From positions 288,001-352,000 of the forward strand of contig CBDEFO010000008.1 in NCBI GenBank assembly GCA_965237525.1: a stretch of 64,000 nucleotides of DNA, in the 5' to 3' direction. This document shows, piece after piece, positions 1 through 11,059 of the stretch. Under the pieces are notes generated by a model. The model did not search any database, had not been told where the DNA came from, and saw only the letters and a list, made by a program, of their open reading frames with translations. The stretch is from Candidatus Latescibacterota bacterium (GTDB lineage Bacteria > Latescibacterota > CBDEFO01). A program made the position numbers and the translations under genes. Positions within the stretch are counted from its first letter, which is position 1, and each line of letters begins with the position of its first letter.

Positions 1-590
1 AGGCATATAACTATTAAAAAGAGGGCGGCGGATGTGTAGGCTTTGAATATGTAGCTGTAAAGGCCGATTTTTTGCCTGAGCTTTCTGCCGATTAACAGAT
101 AGCAGGACATGGCGACCGCGCCCAAAAGAGCGAGGATGTCCCCGATCAGCGACTCCGGACCCTTCTCCCAATCCCCAAAGCCGATTATGACGCTGCCTGC
201 GACCGAGATCGCTATGCCGAAAGCCATTTTGCGGGATACTTTTTCCTTCAAAAAGAAATGGGAGGCGATACCCACAAAGATTGGGTTTGTAGTAACGAGG
301 ACTACAGAGCTTGCCACGGTAGTGTAGCTTAGGGAGGTTATCCATAGGGAAAAATGGAAGGCAAGGCACAGGCCCGAAAGGACCGAAAGTAGAAGATCAC
401 CTCTGCTCAGCTTCGTAGGATGTGCGCGTCTGTCCACAAGGACGAACGGCAAGAGCATAAGCGAGGCTAAAAAGAGGCGGTATGCGGCAATTATTAAAGG
501 CGGAGCGTCGCACAGACGTATGAGAATAGAGGCAAAAGAGGCTGCTGTAATCCCTACAGACAGGACTATGTAAGGAGAAAAATTTAAGCT
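1..590 (-). CDS. EamA/DMT-family transporter, N-terminal part (runs off the window start; start codon uncertain)
   Basis: Manual translation of minus strand: FSPYIVLSVGITAASFASILIRLCDAPPLIIAAYRLFLASL...FHFSLWITSLSYTTVASSVVLVTTNPIFV...GDILALLGA, a typical DMT pattern; absent from ORF track. Confidence 0.85.
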
Positions 591-618
591 CTTGACGAAA
601 TCCTCCTCCCAGTAAATA

Positions 619-644
619 GTAGGGGCGAACCCATGTGTTCGCCC
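619..644. repeat. GTAG-type REP palindrome
   Basis: GTAGGGGCGAACCCATGTGTTCGCCC; related copies at 42616-42641, 41149-41196 and reverse near 14989-15002. Confidence 0.7.
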
Positions 645-708
645 GATTCATCCGCATTTTTGGGGCAACCATGTGGGTCTGTCCTAAGAATGTTTGCTGT
701 CTACTGGT

Positions 709-1701
709 TTATCCTCTCGGATGATAAGTTCTGTGGACTTCCCTCAGATATTCTATATCGATGTGCGTGTATATCTGTGTGTTGGATATGTTGACGTGGC
801 CGAGCATCTCCTGGATAACGCGCAGATCTGCTCCCCCTTCTAAAAGGTGCGTCGCAAAAGAGTGCCTTAAAGTATGAGGGCTGACTCTCTTGGCGATGTT
901 GGTCATATCCACGTATTTTCGAAGTATCTTCCACATGCCCATCCTGGAGAGCGGTTTCCCTCTCCAATTGAGGAATAGAACGTCTCCGGATGCATCGGAG
1001 GCGATCTTTGATCTGGCACTATTCAAATAGATATCAATCCAGGCAATGGCTGCGCTTCCTATGGGGACTACGCGCTCTTTGGATCTCTTCCCGAAAACTC
1101 TCACCATTCCGATACGATGTTCGCCTTCTCCTTCAAGCGGATGTTCCGCATCCTCCAGGAGGAGGTCTCCCGTGTGGACGGATATGAGCTCCGAGACCCT
1201 GACACCCGTGGCATATAGGAACTCAAGACAGGCCCTGTCCCTTATGCCCATCGGGGTACTGGTATCGGGCCGATTTAAAAGGATGTCTATCTCGAGGGGA
1301 TTTAAGACGTCGGGAAGATGCCTTCCCAGTTTCGGGCTTTCCACATGTTCTGTGGGATCATCCGTGGATTTTCCTTCATTGAGGAGAAAGCGGTGGAACA
1401 TCCTTATTGAGGAGAGATTCCTTGAGATACTTGATGACTCCATTCCCCAATCACTCAAAAGGCGCAAGAGAGACGATATGTCCTCGCGACGCGCGTATTC
1501 AGGCGAACGGGCACCCCTGAAGGATAGGAATTCCAAATACCTTTCGATATCCTTCTTGTAGGCATAGACGGTGTTGCCTGACAGACCCTTTTCGACGGTT
1601 ATGTAGTCGAGAAATTGATCTAAAAGCTCCTTCGCCTCGGCGGAATACCTGCTGTGATCATCAGGACGTTCGCTTCGACTGTATGTCTCTAAATTTTGCA
1701 T
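709..1701 (-). CDS. xerD: Site-specific tyrosine recombinase XerD
   Basis: RDRACLEFLYATGVRVSEL, VSPHTLRHSFATHLLEGGADLRVIQEMLGH, TQIYTH motifs; start chosen at MQNLET (uncertain). Confidence 0.9.
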   Translation of the reverse strand: MQNLETYSRSERPDDHSRYSAEAKELLDQFLDYITVEKGLSGNTVYAYKKDIERYLEFLSFRGARSPEYARREDISSLLRLLSDWGMESSSISRNLSSIRMFHRFLLNEGKSTDDPTEHVESPKLGRHLPDVLNPLEIDILLNRPDTSTPMGIRDRACLEFLYATGVRVSELISVHTGDLLLEDAEHPLEGEGEHRIGMVRVFGKRSKERVVPIGSAAIAWIDIYLNSARSKIASDASGDVLFLNWRGKPLSRMGMWKILRKYVDMTNIAKRVSPHTLRHSFATHLLEGGADLRVIQEMLGHVNISNTQIYTHIDIEYLREVHRTYHPRG

Positions 1702-1791
1702 TAAGTATCGGGTCAAAAATAGTAACCAGCATACAGGGGATCGCTTCGTGACTTTTCCCCTTTGCAACGACTGGGGGACGAAGCCAAACAA

Positions 1792-1890
1792 TGTCATTGC
1801 GAGCGCCCCGACTAAGGATATCGGGGGGAAGCAAGCTCAAGGAATGGGAGGCGCTGCCCTACCTGCTGTCTACTGAACTACTGTCGACTA
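1792..1890. repeat. Composite intergenic repeat (GTCATTGCGAG + CCCCGA..TCGGGG palindrome + GGGAGG..TGCCC..CTGTCTACTG)
   Basis: Modules recur at 9085-9151, 15041-15122, 28448-28481, 29633-29702, 63601-63645. Confidence 0.65.
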
Positions 1891-1892
1891 AT

Positions 1893-2393
1893 TTAGGATA
1901 TATCCAGTTGGGGAATTTCGAGCTTCAAAAGGGCGATTTTCCAGTCTGTTCCTGCCGAAAATCCACCCAAAGCGGTGTTCGCGGCTATAACCCTGTGGCA
2001 GGGAATTACTATAGGAATGGGATTTCTCCCAAGTGCCGCTCCCACTGCCCTGGAGGCTGCAGGTCTCTTTATTGCCTCTGCTATTTCACCGTAGGTTGCC
2101 ACCTTGCCGTAGGATATTGATGACGTTTCCATCCAGACTGCTTTTTGGAAATCAGTAAAGCCTGAGACATCCAGGGGAATTGAGAAATCCACTGGCTCTC
2201 CCCTGAAGTACTTTACCATCTGATCCTCGAATTCAATCAAATCGGGGCGGAAGTCGGAGGCTCGACCTCCCTTTCCAAGTATCCCTATTTCGCCGCTGGT
2301 TCTGCGGAACTCTCCTAACTTGACCCTCTTTAGCTTGCGGTCAGAAAATGCTATTCTCACGCTGCCGAACTGAGTCCTTAAAATTGCGGACAT
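1893..2393 (-). CDS. ogt: Methylated-DNA--protein-cysteine methyltransferase
   Basis: TDFQKAVW, YGKVATYGEIA, RAVGAALGRNPIPIVIPCHRVI active-site motif; start at MSAILRTQ. Confidence 0.92.
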   Translation of the reverse strand: MSAILRTQFGSVRIAFSDRKLKRVKLGEFRRTSGEIGILGKGGRASDFRPDLIEFEDQMVKYFRGEPVDFSIPLDVSGFTDFQKAVWMETSSISYGKVATYGEIAEAIKRPAASRAVGAALGRNPIPIVIPCHRVIAANTALGGFSAGTDWKIALLKLEIPQLDIS

Positions 2394-2412
2394 TTTTTGA
2401 GCCCTGTGGATA

Positions 2413-3432
2413 CTACTTGATTCCAACGACCATCGAGTCCGGTCCGACAAGATGCTCGACGCGTGTTTGACGGAATCCAGCCTCGCGCATCCAGGAGGTG
2501 CAATCGGCTCCAGTGTAGTCGAATCCACCTGGTGTCTCAATGAGCATGTTCAGGCTCATAAGTAATCCGAACGCGTTCTGGTTGCGGTCGTCATCAATTA
2601 TAGCCTCGTGGATGATTAGCACGCCGCCTTTGGGCAGTGCATCGTACGCCTTGGCGATCAGCATGTGCTTCTCCTCCAGATTCCAGTCGTGCAAAATGTG
2701 TCCCATCACCAAAACGTCTGCTTCCGGCAGTGAGTCCTCGAAGAAGTCTCCCGGATAGAAGCGCAAGCGCCGGCTTAGCCCGAACGAATTCACGTAGTCC
2801 TCGAAGATGGGGCCCACGGACGGCAAGTCGAACCCACCTCCTGTGAGGTGACTGTGGCCAAGAGCGACTTGCACCGGCAGGCCACCTTGAGCCGTTCCGA
2901 TGTCAATGAACGTCTGATAATCGGCCCACGGGAATTTATTCGCGATCGCATTTGCCGCACCCATGCTGATGCCTGTCATGGCTTCAAGAAATCCCCGCAG
3001 CCCAGCAGGGTCACTGTAAAGTGCAGCAAATACGTCCTTCCCGTCTTTTGCCTCGTTCTGCGGTCGGCCGCTGCGAAGCGCTTCGGTCAGCGAGCCCCAG
3101 AAGCGATAGAGACGCGCGTTGGCCATCTCAAGCATGCCTCCAATATAGCGAGGTTTCTCCCGGTCCAGGAAAAGGTCTGTCTGGGGTGTATTGGCATACC
3201 GCCCGTCGCTTCGCTCCAGCATTCCCAAGGCGACGAGTGCATCGAAGAAATCCCGTGCGCTGCGCGGGTGGAGTCCAAGTTTCTCGGCAATTTCATCAAT
3301 ATCTGAGGGACCCTTGGCAAGCTCAGTGAACAGACCGATCTCAATCGCGCTCAGCAGGGTCTTCGAGCCCCAAAAACCGAGGCCAAGTTGCATGATTCTA
3401 TCAGGAGTGGGATCTTCATCATCTTTATCCAT
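2413..3432 (-). CDS. SAM-dependent O-methyltransferase with dimerisation domain
   Basis: N-terminal winged dimerisation region, [18 protein letters not shown] motifs. Confidence 0.88.
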   Translation of the reverse strand: MDKDDEDPTPDRIMQLGLGFWGSKTLLSAIEIGLFTELAKGPSDIDEIAEKLGLHPRSARDFFDALVALGMLERSDGRYANTPQTDLFLDREKPRYIGGMLEMANARLYRFWGSLTEALRSGRPQNEAKDGKDVFAALYSDPAGLRGFLEAMTGISMGAANAIANKFPWADYQTFIDIGTAQGGLPVQVALGHSHLTGGGFDLPSVGPIFEDYVNSFGLSRRLRFYPGDFFEDSLPEADVLVMGHILHDWNLEEKHMLIAKAYDALPKGGVLIIHEAIIDDDRNQNAFGLLMSLNMLIETPGGFDYTGADCTSWMREAGFRQTRVEHLVGPDSMVVGIK

Positions 3433-3503
3433 AATCTTCCACCTATCTATTTAATTTTTGTATCTCTGTTGTCTTGAAGCTCTGTAAGCCTTAGTTTAGA
3501 AGT

Positions 3504-5330
3504 TCACACTCTCTTCTGCAAATGCTCTTTGATCGTCGAAGCAAGCTTTCTTCCTATACCTTGGATAGAGGCTATATCCTCCACATCGGCCTGGGAGATT
3601 CTGTTTACTGATCCGAATCTGTTGAGGAGCATCCGCTTTCTGGATTCGCCAACGCTCTCTATGTTATCCAGTTCGGAGGAGATCGTACGCTTTTGCCTCC
3701 TTTTGCGGTGGTATTCGAGCGCGAAGCGGTGCGCTTCATCCCTTATCGCTTGAAGGAATCTAAGAGACGAAGAGGTCTTGGGCAGAGTCTGAGCTTCTGA
3801 TACTCCCGGGACGAATACCTCTTCGAGCCTCTTGGCAAGACCAATTACGGGCTGTTCGGGCACGCCCACGTCCCTCAAAGTGGCGGCAGCACTTGAAAGC
3901 TGGCCCTTCCCTCCATCTATCAAGAGGAGATCCGGGAGTTCCGATCCCTCCTCCAGGAGACGTTTGAACCTCCTTTGTACGACCTCTCTTATCATTGCAA
4001 AGTCGTCGGGGCCTTCTGTCCTGGAAATCTTAAACCTTCTGTATTGGCCCTTTTGGGGTCTGCCGTCCCAGAAACTGACCAATGAGCCGACAGGGTCACT
4101 CCCCTGCACGTTGGATATGTCTATAGCCTCTATTCTCCTTGGCAGGCCTTCGAGCCTTAGATCTCGCTTTAAGGCTTCGACCGAATGAGGAACTCTGTCT
4201 TTGAGCTTTTCCCTCTTCAGCCTTCGCTCGGTCAGGAGGAGCCCGGCGTCCCTCTCTGCCATCTTTATGAGTTTGGCTTTGTCGCCTCGTTCGGGCACTT
4301 TGACAGTTACTTTGAACCCGGCAATGTTAGAGAGCCATAGAGAGATAGAATCCTGTTCTTCTATCTCCAGAGGAAGATGTATCTCTCTGGGCACGCTCGT
4401 TGAGGTGAGGTAGAACTGTCTGACAAATCCTGATACTATAACAGAGTGGGAGGAATCCAAAACTTTGTCCATAAAGTAGTGCTTTCTGCCGAGCATTTTT
4501 CCTGCTCTCACCTCCATAACAACCCCGCAGGCTTCGTCATCGTCCACACAGACCGCTATTATGTCCCAGTCATCTAAAGTAGCGGTCGCTACCTTCTGCC
4601 TATCAGCAAGGCTCTGGATGTCGGCAAGACGGTCCCGGTAGGAGGCGGCTTCCTCAAACCTCAAATTCTCAGAGGCTTCCTCCATCTTCTCTCTGAGATT
4701 CTCTATGATGCGGTCATTTCGGCCCTTCAGGAAGAGCACCACCTCCTCCATCATGCTCTGGTATTCTTCCCTGCTCACAAAGCCCTCGCAGGGTCCCCCA
4801 CAGCGTTTTATCTCGTACTCAAGACATACTCTGGTGATGCGAGGAGAAGGAAGCTGATCCTGGCATGTCCTTACAGGAAAAACGCGCCTTATTATCTCCA
4901 ACGTCCTGCGCATGGCGCTCACGTCGGTGTAGGGACCGAAATATTCGGCCTTGTCCTTTTTCATCTCTCTCACGACCAGAATGCGAGGATAGTCCTCGTT
5001 TGTGATTTTGATGAAGGGGTATTTTTTATCGTCTTTCAAGCTGATGTTATAGCGGGGCTTGTGTTCCTTGATAAGATTCGCCTCTAAGATCAGGGCCTCT
5101 AACTCGTTGTCCGTGATAATGTATTCGAAGTCAGCTATATTGGAGACAAGGGCCTTAAACTGTATCCTCCCGTCGTCTGCCGATTTCCCAAAATAGGACC
5201 TTACCCTGTTTCTTAAAGACTTGGCCTTGCCGACGTATATGAGCTGATCACCTCTGTCCTTCATCAAATAGACTCCGGGCTTTTGAGGCAGGCCTTCCAG
5301 TTTAAGGGCTATGTTTTCTCTATTATTCAT
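3504..5330 (-). CDS. uvrC: Excinuclease ABC subunit C
   Basis: PGVYLMKD..IYVGKAKSLRNRVRSYF GIY-YIG, UVR domain, LIDGGKGQL, RDEAHRFA, C-terminal HhH. Confidence 0.97.
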   Translation of the reverse strand: MNNRENIALKLEGLPQKPGVYLMKDRGDQLIYVGKAKSLRNRVRSYFGKSADDGRIQFKALVSNIADFEYIITDNELEALILEANLIKEHKPRYNISLKDDKKYPFIKITNEDYPRILVVREMKKDKAEYFGPYTDVSAMRRTLEIIRRVFPVRTCQDQLPSPRITRVCLEYEIKRCGGPCEGFVSREEYQSMMEEVVLFLKGRNDRIIENLREKMEEASENLRFEEAASYRDRLADIQSLADRQKVATATLDDWDIIAVCVDDDEACGVVMEVRAGKMLGRKHYFMDKVLDSSHSVIVSGFVRQFYLTSTSVPREIHLPLEIEEQDSISLWLSNIAGFKVTVKVPERGDKAKLIKMAERDAGLLLTERRLKREKLKDRVPHSVEALKRDLRLEGLPRRIEAIDISNVQGSDPVGSLVSFWDGRPQKGQYRRFKISRTEGPDDFAMIREVVQRRFKRLLEEGSELPDLLLIDGGKGQLSSAAATLRDVGVPEQPVIGLAKRLEEVFVPGVSEAQTLPKTSSSLRFLQAIRDEAHRFALEYHRKRRQKRTISSELDNIESVGESRKRMLLNRFGSVNRISQADVEDIASIQGIGRKLASTIKEHLQKRV

Positions 5331-5429
5331 TTATAAAAGTTTCACGGTCTCAATATAAAGCTCAATCGCATCGGTGATATTCTCCAGAGCCTCTTCGATT
5401 GTTTCACCCTGGGAGACACACCCTTTCAT
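5331..5429 (-). pseudogene. N-truncated HicB-like antitoxin fragment
   Basis: MKGCVSQGETIEEALENITDAIELYIETVKLL matches the HicB GCxSQGETxEEAxxNxxxAIxLY signature; no hicA nearby. Confidence 0.75.
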
Positions 5430-6314
5430 TTATAGAAAATTCCTAAATTTTTCAGGAGTACTGTTTATCATTTTCAGAACTTTGGGGACCTCCTTGCTTC
5501 GTGCTTCGCCCGCGTCAGAATTGGGTGCGCGCACCGAAGGGTTATCTATGATGCCCTGCTAGTAGCGAATGTATTTGCAGACAGAGTAGGCATGAGGATC
5601 GAAGGTGCAGTAGTTCAAAAGAGGCAGGAGTTTGTTGTAGTACAGCTCACGAGCTTCGTCCCACCGTTTCTCCATCGCAAGCTCGTACAGCTTTACTTCG
5701 TCCTGAGGCACCAACGTAGCGCTTCCTGAGATGACGCCGTCAGAGCCCATCTCGTAGGCTATAAGGCTCATCAAGTCCCATCCACAAAGGAGGGGGATGT
5801 CCAGCAGTCTTTTAGCCTCGTAATTCTTGTCGGGAAGCCCGCTAATCTTTAGCGCAACTATGTTCTCACTTTTCTGAGACAGCGGCAGAATATCTTCTTC
5901 GATAGACAGCTCCCCCTGCTCACCCAGGTCGTAGAGCATCACCGGGATAGTATCGGCCAGCCTCAGGAAATAGGCGCTGATACCGCCTTCAACCGGGGGT
6001 CTGGACATCACGTAGTCCCCGCCTGCTTCTTTCGCATAGCGACCAAGTGTAAGGCCTTCTTCGAAGCCGGCGTCGATAATGCCGAAGCCGACCGGGACCC
6101 TGCCTCCGACATAGTTTACGACGACCTCCATTGTGCGCCGTCGCTCCTCCATCGAAAGCAATGAGAACTCGCCGATCTTTCCCATCTCCACAAGGCTGTT
6201 GGCCCCACCGTCGATAACGTGGTCGATCAGTCGGCAAATGCTCCTTTCGTCCACCTCACCCGAATCGGTGAACGGCGTCATAAGCAAGGTGTTAACCCCT
6301 GTAAGTCTTTTCAT
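5430..6314 (-). CDS. DapA/N-acetylneuraminate lyase-family aldolase; in-frame TAG at 5559-5561 truncates the last 42 residues
   Basis: TPFTDSGEVD, GEFSLLSMEER, MLYD, ALKIS; frame continues past TAG as QGIIDNPSVRAP... to TAA at 5430-5432. Confidence 0.8.
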
Positions 6315-6382
6315 ATTCGGGCAATCCCTTAGCTATCTTGTCAGTCATTGATAAAGAGCCCCTTCCATCGAACACTTTCCGA

Positions 6383-9040
6383 TCACTTCCCTTCGATCTT
6401 CTTCTTCCATTCCTCTATTTTTATCAACGCTTGAAGGGGCGTTGTAGAGCTGATGTCTGTGTTCCTTATCTCGTCTATTACGGGATTTTCAGAAGAGCCG
6501 AAGAGGGTCATCTGAAGGTTGTCGGAGGGATGCGCCCTCCGTTTAGGCCCGGGTGTGTCTGAAATCTCGTGCGATGTTGAACCGTTCCCTTCCAGGTCGC
6601 TGAGGACCTCCTTTGCCCTATCCACTACTTCTTGAGGCATTCCGGCCAGGCGGGCGACATGGAGGCCGTAGCTGTGGTCACAGCCTCCAGAGACCATCTT
6701 GTGCAGGAATACGACATGATCTCCACTTTCGCTTACCGCTACGTTGTAGTTTTTGACCCTTTTAAGACGTTCTTCAAGTTCTACGAGTTCGTGATAGTGC
6801 GTCGCAAATAGCGTTCTGGGATTGGCTTTAGAGGAGTTGTGGAGGTGTTCCACCGTAGCCCAAGCTATACTCAGGCCGTCGAAGGTGCTGGTTCCTCTGC
6901 CGACCTCGTCGAGGAGAACGAGACTTTTAGACGTGGAGTTGTTGAGGATATTGGCGGCTTCGTTCATCTCCACTAAAAAGGTGCTTTCCCCCCTTGCCAG
7001 ATTATCGGATGCCCCGACCCTGGTGAATATCCTATCTACAACGCCGATCTTCGCCGATTTTGCAGGGACAAAGCTGCCCATCTGAGCCATCAAGACTATC
7101 AGGGCGACCTGACGGAGGACAGTGCTTTTCCCTGCCATATTTGGTCCCGTGATTATGAGTACCTGATCGCTGGAACCGCTTAAGTAGACATCGTTCGGGA
7201 CAAACTCGCCCTCCTTGATGATTCGTTCGACCACAGGATGCCTGCCGCCGGATATTTCTATTGTGTCTTTGTCGTCCACCTGGGGGCGGACGTAGTCGTA
7301 AGCCGAGGCTACTTCAGCAAGCGATGCAAGGACATCTATGTAGGCTACGGCTTTTGCGGCTGTCTGTATCTCCCGGACCCTTTCGGCCACCTGGCAGCGT
7401 ATATCCACAAAGAGGTTAAGTTCGAGCTCCTTTATCCGATCTTCGGCACCGAGTATCTTGGCCTCCCATTCCTTCAGTTCCGGCGTTATGAACCTGCTGG
7501 CGTTTACTAACGTCTGTTTGAGGATGTAGTCGTCGGGGACTCTATTCAGATTGGACTTGGTCACCTCTATGTAGTAGCCGAATACCTTGTTGTAGCCCAC
7601 CTTGAGGGAGGTTATTCCTGTCCTGCTCTTCTCTTTGGACTGGAGGACTGCTACCCAATCTCTGCCCTCAGAAGTTACGCCTCTCAGACCGTCGAGTTCC
7701 TCGTTGTAGCCGTCCTTTATTATATCACCCTCTGCGATAGAAAGGGGAGGTTCTTCCTCTATCGCGCGGTCGATGAGGTCTGCTACATCGCTTAAATCTA
7801 GGAGACCCGACTCCCTTGTGCGGCAGAGCATCTCCGATGTCTTGCCCTGAAGGACATCTTTGAGTTGGGGGAGTTTCTTGAGGGAATTTTTCAGTCCGAT
7901 CAGGTCTCTGGCATTGGCTCTGGCGCAGCACACCTTAGCTATAATCCTCTCTAAATCGCTGATCTCTTTCAGAACATCCGCTAGCTCCATCCTGCACTCA
8001 GAATCGTAAAATAGTTCCTCTACAGCGTCGAGTCTCTGCTCGATAGATTTAACTGAAGTAAGGGGGAGCAGGATCCAGTTCCTTAAGGTCCTTGCGCCCA
8101 TGGGGGTTTTAGTGCTATCCAAGACGTAAAGGAGCGACCCTTCGCGAGCACCTTCTCTCAGGGAGGATAAGAGTTCCAGGTTGCTCTGCGTGGACGGATC
8201 CAATATCATATAATCGGATGAGCGGTATCTGGATATGCGGTTGACGTGGGAAACATCGCTTTTCTGATTCTCCTTGAGATAGCCCAGAACTGCTCCGGCA
8301 GAGCAGATACCGATCTTTAGATCTTCGCAATCGAAGCCCTTTAGAGAAGCTACTTTGAAGTGGTCTAAAAGGGCCTCGTAGGCGGAGTCGTAGAGGAATG
8401 CCCAGTCATCGATCTTCGTCAGTAGAATCTTAGGAAAGAGATCTTCAAATTCGTCTTTGAATCGATCCACCCAGATTTCCGATGCGACGACTTCTGCGGG
8501 GCTTATCCTCTCTACCTCCTCCCAGAGCACCTCGTTGGGTACCTCCGCAACTCCAAAATCACCTGTGGAGAGATCTACTGTGGAGATTCCCGATCTTTGG
8601 GAGTCTGAGCACAGGGATAGGAGGAAATTGTTCTTACTGCCATCCAGGAGGTTCTCCGATAGGGCTGTGCCCGGAGAGACGATCTGGACGACCTCTCTTT
8701 TTACTATGCCTCCACCAGGTTTAGGGGGTTCCATCTGCTCGCATATAGCGACCTTCACACCCGCTTTGACCAGTTTGGCAAGGTATCCGTCTAAGGCATG
8801 ATGAGGCACACCTGACAAGGGCACATTATCGGACTTTCCGTGATTTCTGGAGGTTAAAGTCAGTCCCAGAAGCTTTGCCCCTATCTTGGCGTCCTCAAAG
8901 AACATCTCATAAAAATCGCCCATCCGAAAGAGGAGTATGGCGTCTTTGTGCTCCTTCTTCAGCTTGAGGTACTGCTCTATCATCGGGGTGATGCGACCAC
9001 TCCGTGTTGTCTGATATGACCTTGCCAACGACTTTTTCAC
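6383..9040 (-). CDS. mutS: DNA mismatch repair protein MutS
   Basis: TPMIEQY, FRMGDFYEMF, ITGPNMAGKST Walker A, LLDEVGRGTSTFDG, FATHYHEL. Confidence 0.98.
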   Translation of the reverse strand: MKKSLARSYQTTRSGRITPMIEQYLKLKKEHKDAILLFRMGDFYEMFFEDAKIGAKLLGLTLTSRNHGKSDNVPLSGVPHHALDGYLAKLVKAGVKVAICEQMEPPKPGGGIVKREVVQIVSPGTALSENLLDGSKNNFLLSLCSDSQRSGISTVDLSTGDFGVAEVPNEVLWEEVERISPAEVVASEIWVDRFKDEFEDLFPKILLTKIDDWAFLYDSAYEALLDHFKVASLKGFDCEDLKIGICSAGAVLGYLKENQKSDVSHVNRISRYRSSDYMILDPSTQSNLELLSSLREGAREGSLLYVLDSTKTPMGARTLRNWILLPLTSVKSIEQRLDAVEELFYDSECRMELADVLKEISDLERIIAKVCCARANARDLIGLKNSLKKLPQLKDVLQGKTSEMLCRTRESGLLDLSDVADLIDRAIEEEPPLSIAEGDIIKDGYNEELDGLRGVTSEGRDWVAVLQSKEKSRTGITSLKVGYNKVFGYYIEVTKSNLNRVPDDYILKQTLVNASRFITPELKEWEAKILGAEDRIKELELNLFVDIRCQVAERVREIQTAAKAVAYIDVLASLAEVASAYDYVRPQVDDKDTIEISGGRHPVVERIIKEGEFVPNDVYLSGSSDQVLIITGPNMAGKSTVLRQVALIVLMAQMGSFVPAKSAKIGVVDRIFTRVGASDNLARGESTFLVEMNEAANILNNSTSKSLVLLDEVGRGTSTFDGLSIAWATVEHLHNSSKANPRTLFATHYHELVELEERLKRVKNYNVAVSESGDHVVFLHKMVSGGCDHSYGLHVARLAGMPQEVVDRAKEVLSDLEGNGSTSHEISDTPGPKRRAHPSDNLQMTLFGSSENPVIDEIRNTDISSTTPLQALIKIEEWKKKIEGK

Positions 9041-9084
9041 TTAAGAAAAGCTTTCTAGTAAGGACCAATTGAAGTAAGATTGCT

Positions 9085-9151
9085 CCCCCCGATAGATTCA
9101 ATCGGGGACTCAGGGGATGGGAGGTGGTGGCCCCTGTCTACTGTCTACTGG
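9085..9151. repeat. Composite intergenic repeat copy
   Basis: CCCCGATAGATTCAATCGGGG...GGGAGGTGGTGGCCCCTGTCTACTGTCTACTG. Confidence 0.65.
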
Positions 9152-10154
9152 TATTCACCACTATCGGACGTTCGTGAACCCATTCTATTGAGAGTAGGCT
9201 CTCGACCCACTTTTGGGCTTCCTCTTTCGTCTTATAGGGACCCATCCTGACTAAATATGCCGATTCATCCTCTATGGTCTTCATCTCCACGTAGACAGAT
9301 AGTCCCTTCTCTGAGAGTCTGTTGTACAGGCTCGTCGCGTTGGATGCGTTTTTGAACGCTCCTATCTGGACGGCAAAGTCTCCTTCAGAGCCTGAAGGCA
9401 CGCCTCCTTTTGCTGTAGCGATACCCGGGATGGAGGCAGCTTCATAGCTGTTGGGACACTCACGGGCAATCCTTTCGAGAGCCTTTGAGGCATCTTTCTC
9501 TCTCCCGATCTTTCTGTAGGATTGGACGAGGGTCCAGAGGATATGGCTCTTGAGGGTCTCTACGTCTTCTCTTTGGAGGAGTCTTTCGCCAAGCTCTACG
9601 ACTCTTTCGAAGTCTTCCTGCACAAAGTAAGAGTCCATAATTCCGGACCCGGCGAATATCCTCATTTTTGAGTCAGGATAAAGAGTTAACAGCCTTCCGA
9701 ACTCGGCTCTGGCTAATGCCCAGTCTTCGGTGGCCAGAAAGGTCATCCCGATTCGATACTGCGCCCTGTCGGCAAGCTCGCTTTTGGGGTACTCTTCGAG
9801 CAATCTTCTAAAGTGGCTGCGCGCTGTTATGTAGTAGGGTCCAGAATAGTAGGACTCAGCTATCTGAAAGAGGGCGTTGTCCGCTAACTCGTGCCCGGGA
9901 GCGACTTCCAACAAGCGCCTGAAGCGATCGTACGATAAGAGACCGTCGGTCTCTGTTCTGCCCAGATAGTATAGGGATTCGGGATCGTCGGGATGGCGGA
10001 TTAAATATTTTTCGAAAATCTCCCTGGACTTTTCATATTCCCCTGACTTGAAAAGGGACTTTGCCTCGTCTAAAGACACTTGACAAAAGGCAAGGTTATA
10101 TGTAAAAAGGCAGGAGCAGAGCGTTAAAATAGCGGTAATAATACGCGGTATCAT
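9138..10154 (-). CDS. Exported TPR-repeat protein with C-terminal SPOR peptidoglycan-binding domain
   Basis: Signal peptide, YfiO/CpoB-like TPRs (YPKSELADRAQYRIG), SPOR motif FAVQIGAFKNASNA...YLVRMGPY. Confidence 0.85.
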   Translation of the reverse strand: MIPRIITAILTLCSCLFTYNLAFCQVSLDEAKSLFKSGEYEKSREIFEKYLIRHPDDPESLYYLGRTETDGLLSYDRFRRLLEVAPGHELADNALFQIAESYYSGPYYITARSHFRRLLEEYPKSELADRAQYRIGMTFLATEDWALARAEFGRLLTLYPDSKMRIFAGSGIMDSYFVQEDFERVVELGERLLQREDVETLKSHILWTLVQSYRKIGREKDASKALERIARECPNSYEAASIPGIATAKGGVPSGSEGDFAVQIGAFKNASNATSLYNRLSEKGLSVYVEMKTIEDESAYLVRMGPYKTKEEAQKWVESLLSIEWVHERPIVVNTSRQ

Positions 10155-10351
10155 AAGTCCTTTATCCTTCTGCCAAACGTCTGTATGCACCTTTGTCACA
10201 ATAAAGATACGTTACTCTCATCCATTTGTCAACAGTGACATTGTCATGGGATCTACAACCGTACGAAACAAGTGTAAAGTAAGTATATTGACAATTCCTT
10301 TAACCAATACAAAGACGGATAAATAGATGTCGTCAAGAAGATCTTCTGAGC

Positions 10352-11059
10352 TTAGGCTGGTACAGAATTCATGGCCTCGTACATCTCTTCTACTGTGACA
10401 AACTCCAAGCCCTTGTCCTGTGCAGATTCAATAATTTTCGGTAGAGCCGCAATAGTATTAGAACGATCTCTGCCACCATCATGTAACACAATGATAGAAC
10501 CATTCCTCATCAGCGAACGGACAGCCCATTCAATATACCAAGCTGGAACTCCATAAGGGTCTCGGGGGCAAATAGATCCCAAAACGAGTATATACCCTTT
10601 TTTGCGAGCAATTTCCATTAACATCGGCCCGAACCAGCCCTTGGCCGGACGCAGATAGAGAGGTTGGCTTCTTTGTTGAATCAACCCTTCTGTTTTATCC
10701 AGAGAATCTTCTACTTCAGTGCGGTCTCGTAAGACAACTCGTTTATCCTCATAGAAGTGATTAGCTATCTGATGACCCCTATCTCGAATCTCTGCGAAAA
10801 GTTCAGGATATTTCTCAGCCTCTTTACCAATGATGAAGAATGTGGCTCTAATATCATATTTATCCAGGATCTTCAGCACCTTTGGCGTATTTACAGGATG
10901 TGGACCATCGTCAAATGTTAAAGCTATGTAGGGCTTATCTGCGGTACCAAACCACATTACATCGGGTACTATTTTACTAACTACATTAACTATGGGAAAG
11001 GGTTCATATAAAGCAAGAACAATACAAAGAGAAGTAAAAATGACAGCATAAATCCACAT
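10352..11059 (-). CDS. Polysaccharide deacetylase (CE4/NodB)
   Basis: IALTFDDGP, ATFFIIG, GHQIANH, IIVLHDGG motifs; N-terminal TM helix. Confidence 0.92.
   Translation of the reverse strand: MWIYAVIFTSLCIVLALYEPFPIVNVVSKIVPDVMWFGTADKPYIALTFDDGPHPVNTPKVLKILDKYDIRATFFIIGKEAEKYPELFAEIRDRGHQIANHFYEDKRVVLRDRTEVEDSLDKTEGLIQQRSQPLYLRPAKGWFGPMLMEIARKKGYILVLGSICPRDPYGVPAWYIEWAVRSLMRNGSIIVLHDGGRDRSNTIAALPKIIESAQDKGLEFVTVEEMYEAMNSVPA

Noticed and set aside
709..1797. Tyrosine recombinase as a prophage or integron integrase
   Set aside because: Motifs are typical chromosomal XerD and neighbours are housekeeping genes; no att sites or cassettes seen
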